Positions 22,241 to 29,902 of a DNA stretch of 64,000 nucleotides are shown here, one piece after another; positions within the stretch are counted from its first letter, which is position 1; the number at the start of each line of letters is the position of its first letter. The translations under genes and the position numbers were made by a program. Under the pieces are notes generated by a model. It saw only the letters and a program-made list of their open reading frames with translations, was not told the origin of the DNA and did no database searches. The stretch comes from Candidatus Poribacteria bacterium (GTDB taxonomy: Bacteria > Poribacteria > WGA-4E > PCPOR2b): assembly GCA_965218095.1 (NCBI GenBank), contig OZ244587.1:5472001-5536000 (forward strand), written 5' to 3'.

Positions 22241-23854
22241 TCAAGCAAGGGCACCAACTGTTCGGGCAAAGCTATCTTGATACACCTGCGGATCAACCCG
22301 TGCGTCAATGAGCGTCGTTCCATCCCCTTCCATCGCAAGTTTCAACTCGCTTTCAAACTGTTCGGGCGTGTCCACGGTCACACCTCTCAAGCCGCACGCT
22401 GTGGCAATTCCGGCGAAATCGACGGGATGGAGATTCAAGCTGTATTCGGGCATGCCGCGCGATTTCTGTCGGGACTTCATTGTTCCCAGCGCTTGGTCAT
22501 TGATAATAACTAGCGGTGTTGCGACACCAGTCCGCGCAAATGTCTCCAGTTCACCCAGACGCATCAACAGGCTGCCGTCCGCGCCAATGCCCACCGCGGG
22601 CATGTCGGGCTTTGCCAGCTTTGCGCCGAGAATGGCTGGCAGCATCAACCCCATGGTTCGTCCGCCCGCCGTTCCCCAATAGGTACTTGGATCATCCACG
22701 GGCCACAGGGTTTCAACCATACGGATATAAACGCCCGTTTCTGAAAATAAAACGCCTTCTGCTGGCAGTACATTACGTGTGATTTCGACGATGTCTTGTG
22801 CTGCAAGTTGAACCCCCTCCGGACGCTTAAAGTATTGCAGGATTTTCTGACGCGTCTCCTTGATTTCGTCTTCGGAAAAGCCCTGCTGCTTATGCTCCGA
22901 TAAGTTCTTGAGCATCGCTTTCAAATCGCCGTTCACACGAACCTTCGGGTTGGGCGACAACGTTTCATATTCCGGTTGGGGGACGAGCTCGCAGGTTGGG
23001 AGATCGACGTTCCACGGGACGTGTGTCATCATGGCGTCTGCGCCGACCAACAGCACCCTGTCTGCTTCAGCCATGAGCTCGGTCTCAATGGTGTTGGGGC
23101 CGTAACCGCCGGTCATGACGCCTGCCCAACGGGGATGGGATTCGGGAAAAACGCCGCGGGCATCCATGTTAACCAGCACCGCCGCACCGATGTTCTCAAC
23201 CAGGGTCAATAACTCCTCATTTGCCCCAGCCCGCACGACATCCGTACCGGCGATGACGGCCGGTCGACGAGCGGTTTGAATGAATTCGCGGACAGCGGTA
23301 AGTTGAGCCTCATCTAGTGGAGGCGCCGGCGAAGCCTTGGGGGGCAAGGGATTGCCGCATTCGGCTAGGCCCAGATCCGAGGGAAGGTTTAAGAGGACGG
23401 GCCCAGGTCGTCCGTCTGTCGCCTGAAATACAGCTTCCTGCACAGATGCCGCCGCACTGTCAGCAGTCAAGACGCCCTGGCACTTCACCACCGCGCCGAA
23501 TAACTGCGCGTGATCGCAGTGCTGAACCATCTCTCGCTGCATCACATGTGCCGGTGAAGACTCACAGAGACAGACGACCGGCGCACGTTCAAAATAGGCA
23601 TTGACGGCGCCACCGGCGAGATTGCCTGCGCCAATTCCCTTCACGGCCAACGCCAGCCCTGCCGTGTCCTTCATAAGGCCGTAGTACGCCGCCATGATCG
23701 CTGCGGACGATTCGTGCGCAACGCTTACAAAATCGACGCCGAGCTGTCGTCCGGCTTCCATCATGTCCAACGGAGAGCCGCCACCGGGAAGACCGAAGAA
23801 GTGTTGCAATCCCCGCGCTCTTGCTTCAGTGAGAATCAATTCTGCCAGTTTCAT
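22241..23854 (-). CDS. Thiamine-diphosphate-dependent enzyme (acetolactate synthase-like)
   Basis: FGLPGGG, HESSAAIMA, GADGS...IIND TPP motif. Confidence 0.9.
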   Translation of the reverse strand: MKLAELILTEARARGLQHFFGLPGGGSPLDMMEAGRQLGVDFVSVAHESSAAIMAAYYGLMKDTAGLALAVKGIGAGNLAGGAVNAYFERAPVVCLCESSPAHVMQREMVQHCDHAQLFGAVVKCQGVLTADSAAASVQEAVFQATDGRPGPVLLNLPSDLGLAECGNPLPPKASPAPPLDEAQLTAVREFIQTARRPAVIAGTDVVRAGANEELLTLVENIGAAVLVNMDARGVFPESHPRWAGVMTGGYGPNTIETELMAEADRVLLVGADAMMTHVPWNVDLPTCELVPQPEYETLSPNPKVRVNGDLKAMLKNLSEHKQQGFSEDEIKETRQKILQYFKRPEGVQLAAQDIVEITRNVLPAEGVLFSETGVYIRMVETLWPVDDPSTYWGTAGGRTMGLMLPAILGAKLAKPDMPAVGIGADGSLLMRLGELETFARTGVATPLVIINDQALGTMKSRQKSRGMPEYSLNLHPVDFAGIATACGLRGVTVDTPEQFESELKLAMEGDGTTLIDARVDPQVYQDSFARTVGALA

Positions 23855-23911
23855 TATGATGTCCTCCTGTAAGTGTCTTTAACGGAAATTTTGGATATAA
23901 TTCATTTTATC

Positions 23912-24060
23912 TCAGGGATGGTCGCCAGAAAGAATCCACCGTTTCTTGGCGATTGCAAACGCGGTATCGAGCCCGCCAAGTTCATCGACAAGCCCGATTT
24001 CCTTCGCCTGTCTTCCGGTCCAGATCCGGACCTGGGCAATCTCATCAATCTCCGCTAATG
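23912..24060 (-). pseudogene. sppA: Fragment of signal peptide peptidase SppA C-terminus
   Basis: EIDEIAQVRIWTGRQAKEIGLVDELGGLDTA. Confidence 0.65.
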
Positions 24061-24455
24061 GTGGGCGGTTAAGAGGTATCATGAGTCTTCGCCGATGAGA
24101 ATTGAAATTAGGGGCTTTTGACCCATTTTTCCGAGCGGGAAAAGGGGGAGAGGTAAAGCGCCGCCAGTTCAGGGACATTAGGCATCTGAAGCGATTCCTG
24201 CCTCAAAATATCTTCCCAACTCCGAGTCCGACACCTTTGATTGGGTCGAACTCAAGCCGATTTAGTGTTCATCGGTGTCCCAACACTAGCCGTGCCACTA
24301 GAAACTGTCAAAGTCGGGTTTCATAGGTGGAGAGTATTTAATTAAGACGACCAAAAATTATGATGAATATAACAAGTACGATCCGCAGAATGTTTGGTTC
24401 ACGGCGGATGCAGTGACGGAGATTGAAGTTCGTATTTTCTATGGCAGGTGAGGCC

Positions 24456-24821
24456 TTATGGCTCTTTGTAAAATGGATTATAAGTGCTCCGTTCCCCAAT
24501 TCGTCCTGCAGCCCTCCTACCTGTACTGTAGCCATCAAGCGTATTAAGTCCCTCTGTGATTCTTTCAAGATACTCTACACAGTATTCTAATGTTTCTAGG
24601 TTACGACCAAGATCGTAAATAAGAATTGATTTACCTGATTTTGTTGTTGCGAATATTGATGTTCCAGCATTTGTCTTTTCTATGAAACTAATTTCTGAAA
24701 TCCTTATAAGGCTTCCATTGTGAGTAACAAGCCACTCAGGTTCTTTATCCCTTTCTACATCTAACCCTTTACATCCTACTACTAAAAAGAACATGAAAAA
24801 TAGGCACTTTAATTTCAGCAT
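24456..24821 (-). CDS. AT-rich hypothetical lipoprotein
   Basis: Hydrophobic leader and lipobox LVVGC. Confidence 0.55.
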   Translation of the reverse strand: MLKLKCLFFMFFLVVGCKGLDVERDKEPEWLVTHNGSLIRISEISFIEKTNAGTSIFATTKSGKSILIYDLGRNLETLEYCVEYLERITEGLNTLDGYSTGRRAAGRIGERSTYNPFYKEP

Positions 24822-25409
24822 TTTTAACCCCCTATCAAGATAGAGGTATTATAGTAGAATTCACAGAAATTGGCTACCGTTTTTTAGGATATAGTAAAAG
24901 ATATGGACTATCGTGGAGATTTGCCGAATAAGCCGCTGCATGAGATTCGGGACGAAGATCATTTATTAAAGACAGTGCAGCATCTGCTGGGGATTAATGT
25001 TTAGAAACTCACTTTACTCGTTTGTCGCCCGCAAGATTTTGATTGACTTTATCTTTCGCATAAACTTTGACGCTTATTATTGTAACAAAAGTTGAAAATT
25101 AGTGCAATAATATAAATTATTGAGGAACGATAACCCCCTATGGTTTTTCTGGAACTGCTGTGCCAACTCATGCGTTTTCAAGATAATCTCGGCGGGACAT
25201 TTGCTGGAGCAAAACAGGTTTATTCAGCGCTTTGTACAACTGCCGTTCAATCGCGATCTCGTAACGACAGATTGCGACATCGCAACTATCAAAACCGTCT
25301 AAAAGTAGGTCGATTTTCCAAAATCGACATTCTGGAATAGGGAGCAACTTGCGTTAGAATAGGTAGAAACTTGGGTTAATTTAACATCCCTTCGGTAGGA
25401 GAATAATCA

Positions 25410-25523
25410 TTGCCAAAAAATAACACCGTCGTAAATACTCCACAAACAACAATTCCGTTTTCCGCATCAGATCAAGAACAATTAGACATATCCACCCTTG
25501 AAACATGGCTATGGGCTGCCGCC
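25410..25523 (+). repeat. Diverged duplicate of the hsdM 5' end (truncated hsdM)
   Basis: MPKNNT..TTIPFS..DQEQLDISTLETWLW matches 29903-30016; has its own SD AGGAG. Confidence 0.9.
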
Positions 25524-25612
25524 GGGGACGTTTCGTTTCATGCGCATCCGAGGAGAAGAATTCCCGGGACGGGTCTGAATCCTTCAGCCAGCCGTGAACG
25601 CGGGGACTTCTG

Positions 25613-26254
25613 TCATGCCTCCATTGTTTTCCTTTGGTTACGTTTTAGAGATTCCACGTCGTCTAGGTGACATTTTTTATATTTCTTTCCGCTTCCACAG
25701 GGGCACAAGTCGTTTCTACCAAGGTTCCGTTCCGCGAAATTGAAGATTTCCGAGCGGTATTCCCTTAGTCCTTCTTCGCCATGCGAGTATTCTCCCCAAA
25801 GGTCATTTCGACTTGCGGCAATGCCAAATTTTTCTGTGTAAGAGAGCCAATAAAAAAATGGAATTACTAGTTCCTGAAGGAACTTTTCGATGCTAAGATC
25901 CTTGTTATCTCCGCATTTGAGACCCAAGCAACACAAGTCATCGTCTGAGTAAAAGTGCAAGTCAACGAGTGGAACGTTGCATTTTTGGGCGATTTGATAA
26001 TGCCGCCCGCTGACTTCATACACTTTTGGCCATCCGTTCGGGTCGGGAATCTCCAAGAAAATCTCAATCTCGAAAACGTCGCAAATGAAGCGGTTGGCTG
26101 TTCTGGCACCATCGTCAACTATCACTTTTCCCGATTCGCTATCATACGCGGCGCAAAAGTCAAGTTCGCCTACAATCTTTTGAGAATCTGCCTCGTATTG
26201 TAGGTTCGGAAAGCGCGATTCTAACCATTTGATGTCGCTGTTGGTTATTTTCAT
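25613..26254 (-). CDS. CBASS ancillary prokaryotic E2-like protein with C-terminal SEC-C Zn motif
   Basis: FEIEIFL..P..WPKVYE, H-x7-CCLG resembling the UBC active-site region, GEYSHG, GRNDLCPCGSGKKYKKCH; directly downstream of the CD-NTase. Confidence 0.75.
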   Translation of the reverse strand: MKITNSDIKWLESRFPNLQYEADSQKIVGELDFCAAYDSESGKVIVDDGARTANRFICDVFEIEIFLEIPDPNGWPKVYEVSGRHYQIAQKCNVPLVDLHFYSDDDLCCLGLKCGDNKDLSIEKFLQELVIPFFYWLSYTEKFGIAASRNDLWGEYSHGEEGLREYRSEIFNFAERNLGRNDLCPCGSGKKYKKCHLDDVESLKRNQRKTMEA

Positions 26255-26262
26255 GGATAAAA

Positions 26263-27210
26263 CTACCTTGCATAAGGCTTTCTGGGCGTTACTATTACCG
26301 GCGCAACACCTTTGTGAGTGTCATCCTTGAGTTTTCCAAAATTGTCATTAAACAATTCTCTCCACTTTTTGACACTGGTGTTGTGGTCTTTCGCATCAAA
26401 CGCTTCGTTGATCTTAGCGTTGTAAAGATCGAACATTTTCCGAAAATGACTATATTTGCCTTGGTCCCAGTGTCTGGTGAAACTTTCTGTAGGTAAAACC
26501 GGATTATAGATTTCGGGCATTAAGGAATTGTCCTGCAAAAAAATGTTGATCCGGTTTGAGATTATCTTTAAAGACGTTGGAATGTCCTTAAAATTTTCGC
26601 TACCCTCATCACTAGCATATACACTGTTACCAATAAGCGTGGTTAGGAGAATTGATTTTACGGAAAAGTTCCCTTTGTGGTCTCGAAGAAATTTTAACAA
26701 TCGCGTGCCCCGCTTTAAATTCCCGTTGGTAATTCTCGTTTTCTCGTTGAACCAATCCCTATAGCCTGTCCCATCAGTCTCTTCAAGGCAATTTTCCTTG
26801 TTATTGCAGATATAATGTTCCGCTCCGTCCGTAATGCAGGGAACAAGATCTAAGTGGAAGTCGCCTGCATAATCAATATAGACACACCGGGTTCTTCTGT
26901 GGACCTTATCTTCATAATTGCCGTTTTCCTTTAAGCAGTCATAAACGTCGTTGATATAGTCCTTTGGTTCTTTGTCGTCATCGGATGTCATGTACAAGAG
27001 CATATCAGCATCATATTCGCGATCGCCCACAGGTTTAATAATTGTCTTCAAGCCGTAGGAGCCTTGCCGTTCAGTCTTTTGGTATGCATCCAAATTTTCG
27101 CTGAGGTAGGTGTCCACAGCCGAAGAACTTTGATTCAACTTTTGGAGTCGCGTTTCATTAAGATTTACCTCAGTGCTGAGGAACTCTTGGAAATATGTTA
27201 TATGCTTCAT
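26263..27210 (-). CDS. cGAS/DncV-like nucleotidyltransferase (CD-NTase, SMODS)
   Basis: QGSYGLKTIIKP..EYDADM, FHLDLVP, RLLKFLRD, SILLTTL, NPVLPTESF. Confidence 0.9.
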   Translation of the reverse strand: MKHITYFQEFLSTEVNLNETRLQKLNQSSSAVDTYLSENLDAYQKTERQGSYGLKTIIKPVGDREYDADMLLYMTSDDDKEPKDYINDVYDCLKENGNYEDKVHRRTRCVYIDYAGDFHLDLVPCITDGAEHYICNNKENCLEETDGTGYRDWFNEKTRITNGNLKRGTRLLKFLRDHKGNFSVKSILLTTLIGNSVYASDEGSENFKDIPTSLKIISNRINIFLQDNSLMPEIYNPVLPTESFTRHWDQGKYSHFRKMFDLYNAKINEAFDAKDHNTSVKKWRELFNDNFGKLKDDTHKGVAPVIVTPRKPYAR

Positions 27211-27329
27211 TCTTTTTTCTCCTAATCTAATTTTCCTAGGTTTTATCGGTCACCTTCAAGATGACCTGGTATAGGATAACAGGGTTTAAGTCAAGACGTA
27301 CCAGTCTAAGCTAAACATTGTCGCAATAC

Positions 27330-28274
27330 TCAATTGTGAAAAGCATCAAATGGTTCTACTGGATTGCCAAGAAAAATCTCTTGGAGTTTAGGCAACGCGT
27401 GTCGGGCCTCAGAATGCCCAAGACCTTTCAACGAGTTAATTTCTTTTGTCCCGTCTAAATTAAACCTCCTACGGGGAACGACTGGATCAATCCTGATGAT
27501 GTTGTCATGCCCCGCAAGAAGTTTCGCTGTTCCGAGAGATCCATGGGATTGTGCGTGCATAAACACGTCAAGTAGCTTGGGTGTCCAATATGAAAGGCCG
27601 CGTGGGATTCTTCTTCCCCGATCGATATTTAATGGTTCGGTCGTACAACCTAAACTCAAGATTTTTAACGAATCTCTTGGCCACTCAAGTACCGAAATTG
27701 CTTCAACAACGGACATCCCCACAGGATTATTCGCCCACACACCACCATCTATCAAAGGAGTACCTGTAGCGGACCGATGTGCGGGAAAGTAAGTTGGGGC
27801 GGCGGAGGTTGCAAGTGCCACATCTACTGCCTTTTCCTTATAATCTCTCTCCAATCGAGGATGATGGGCGGTTTTGTAGATGTAGACCTCGCCATTTTCA
27901 AGGTTCAATGATGGAATGACAAGCCGCTTTCTGCTATCGCCCAATTTCTTTTCGCCGAAACGGTCCTTCAGTGCTTCCTTAAGAGGGGCACTATTGTACT
28001 TTGCGGTGCTAAGCCACCTAAGCCACCGTAACAAGCGATTTCCACCAAAAATGAGCGGCCCAGATTCTTCATAAAATGCCAATATCTCCTTGGCGGACAA
28101 TCCTAGACCAAGACCCAAAGCAATAATGCCGCCTGTTGAGGTCCCGACGATTAAGTCGAAGTAGTTTGCTACGTTGTCTCGAATTGAATCTTCAACAGTG
28201 GCGAGAAAGGAGGTTGGGAATACCCCCTTAATCCCGCCGCCGTCAATTGCTAGAATTCGTCTTTGTCTACTCAC
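27330..28274 (-). CDS. capV: Patatin-like phospholipase, CBASS effector (CapV-like)
   Basis: DGGGIKG, GTSTGG, SAAPTYF, DGGVWANNP; GTG start with SD AAGGAG. Confidence 0.9.
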   Translation of the reverse strand: MSRQRRILAIDGGGIKGVFPTSFLATVEDSIRDNVANYFDLIVGTSTGGIIALGLGLGLSAKEILAFYEESGPLIFGGNRLLRWLRWLSTAKYNSAPLKEALKDRFGEKKLGDSRKRLVIPSLNLENGEVYIYKTAHHPRLERDYKEKAVDVALATSAAPTYFPAHRSATGTPLIDGGVWANNPVGMSVVEAISVLEWPRDSLKILSLGCTTEPLNIDRGRRIPRGLSYWTPKLLDVFMHAQSHGSLGTAKLLAGHDNIIRIDPVVPRRRFNLDGTKEINSLKGLGHSEARHALPKLQEIFLGNPVEPFDAFHN

Positions 28275-28335
28275 TGTAACAATCTCCTTATTTTGATATT
28301 TTTCAAGTATGGGCTTAATTTTTTATGATTGCATT

Positions 28336-28364
28336 AGTATATTGTATAAAAAACGCGGTGTCAA
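28336..28364 (-). promoter_or_regulatory. Sigma70-type promoter of the CBASS operon
   Basis: Minus strand TTGACA-17 nt-TATACT, about 60 nt upstream of the capV start. Confidence 0.7.
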
Positions 28365-28393
28365 GGTTTTTTTCATTGATTCGATTTTTAGTA

Positions 28394-28422
28394 TTTACTT
28401 GAAAATCGTTTTCTTATATAAT
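28394..28422 (+). promoter_or_regulatory. Divergent sigma70-type promoter towards ddrO-irrE
   Basis: TTTACT-17 nt-TATAAT; second TATAAT at 28453-28458. Confidence 0.5.
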
Positions 28423-28457
28423 AGGGGTTACGCATATGGTCAGAAAATAGGTTATAA

Positions 28458-28493
28458 TACAGGCTATGAATCCACTACAGGCTATGAATCCAC
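28458..28493 (+). repeat. 18-bp tandem duplication
   Basis: TACAGGCTATGAATCCAC x2. Confidence 0.95.
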
Positions 28494-28601
28494 TCAAATG
28501 CACTGAATACGACTATATCAACTTTCTGACTGCGGCTCCGAGAAACTACAGTTATACCGAGACAGCCAGAATCCAACCGAAAGGAGAAAAACACCGCCAT
28601 G
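28484..28601 (+). mobile_element. Remnant N-terminus of an IS701-like transposase
   Basis: MNPLKCTEYDYINFLTAAPRNYSYTETARIQPKGE resembles remembered IS701-family N-termini (KC..YDYI.FL...Y.C.E..R.QP...AHD). Confidence 0.45.
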
Positions 28602-29852
28602 AAATTAGGAGAACGCCTTCGTTCTATTCGTAAGGAGCACAAGCTAACTTTAAAGGAGTTAAGGCAGTACGCTGACCTGTCTGTTCCCTATCTGTCGAAT
28701 CTGGAGCGTGGTATCGTTAATCCATCTATAGAAACCCTTCAAAAGATTGCTAAGGCTTATAATATAACAGTCAGGGATTTGTTTAGCGGTGTTGAGAATC
28801 TAGGAGAATCAACACATGCAACTTACCCCAAAGAATTTGAAGCATTTCTAAAGGACCCCGAGTACAGTCAGGAAATCAGTGATGACTGGAAAGAGTTACT
28901 GATGAGAATTAATTTGCGTGGCAAGCGGCCCTCCTCTAAGAGAGAATGGGTCGAATTGTATCTTCACCTTAGACGGATTCTTTCCCAACAGGAGGAAAAA
29001 GTGATTGACATAAAAGCACATGTTATCAAATTAGTTCAGAATACTGTCAGGAAATATGCTTCTACGGAAATCCCCGATTTTGATGAAGTAAGTTCCGGCT
29101 TAGGGTTAGTTGTAAAGGAGGTTCCACTACCGCCGAAAGTAAACGGGGCAATTGAAGGAAGGACAATTCTTATCAATTCCCGGATTCAAAACAAAGAGCG
29201 GAAACAATTTACTCGATTTCATGAAGTCACGCATCACTTGATCGATGAAGATGAGGAATTAATCTCTGTACTTCACGATGTCACTTGGGATCAAAATGGT
29301 GAATACGAAAGACAAGTAGAAAGGCTTTGCAACATTGGTGCGGCTGAGTTTTTGATGCCTCGCGAGGAATTTACAAAACTTTATAAAGAAAAGGGATTTA
29401 GTGTCGAACTGATTCCCTTTGCCGCCAATTATTTTGAGAGTTCGGCAATTGCGACGACCATTCAACTTGCTCAAGTTGCACCGAATTCGTGTATTACCGC
29501 TATTTGCGAATTTGGATTAATCTCGAACAAAACAGCAAGGTCTCAAGGCGATCTTTTTGATGAGAAAAATCGTACTCCCAAACCGAAGTTGCATGTGGTC
29601 TATTCGGCTTCGTCTCCCGCAACGAAATATTGGTTGGCAAGAGACACGAATATTCCCGATGACCACCTGATCAATCAAGCATTCTTGGAAGCCCAACCTC
29701 TTGAAGGGGAAAGCTATGTCCCTTTTCGTAGTGGCAATCAGATGCCTTGTGACTGTGAAGCATTGCCAGACAAAGATAGGAATAGAGTTTATGCCTTATT
29801 CCATATGATCCCTCCACCGAATCCGAATCCTGACCAATTGACATTTATTTGA
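28599..29852 (+). CDS. Fusion of DdrO-like XRE repressor (aa 1-129) and IrrE/PprI-like metalloprotease (aa 135-417)
   Basis: SVPYLSNLERG..NPSIETLQKIAKAYNITV, RINLRGKRP, W.ELYLHLRRIL (DdrO); HEVTH, ERLCNIGAAEFLMP, IPDDH, SYVPFRSG..MP (IrrE peptidase/HTH/GAF-like). Confidence 0.88.
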   Translation: MKLGERLRSIRKEHKLTLKELRQYADLSVPYLSNLERGIVNPSIETLQKIAKAYNITVRDLFSGVENLGESTHATYPKEFEAFLKDPEYSQEISDDWKELLMRINLRGKRPSSKREWVELYLHLRRILSQQEEKVIDIKAHVIKLVQNTVRKYASTEIPDFDEVSSGLGLVVKEVPLPPKVNGAIEGRTILINSRIQNKERKQFTRFHEVTHHLIDEDEELISVLHDVTWDQNGEYERQVERLCNIGAAEFLMPREEFTKLYKEKGFSVELIPFAANYFESSAIATTIQLAQVAPNSCITAICEFGLISNKTARSQGDLFDEKNRTPKPKLHVVYSASSPATKYWLARDTNIPDDHLINQAFLEAQPLEGESYVPFRSGNQMPCDCEALPDKDRNRVYALFHMIPPPNPNPDQLTFI

Positions 29853-29902
29853 GATCTGGCAATTTAAACCCTATTTCAGGAAAACAACAAGGAGCATAAC
29901 CG

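Noticed and set aside
25524-25616. Fourth CBASS gene (JAB/Cap3) after the E2
   Set aside because: An overlapping ATGA exists but the frame stops after 10 codons and no HxH motif is visible
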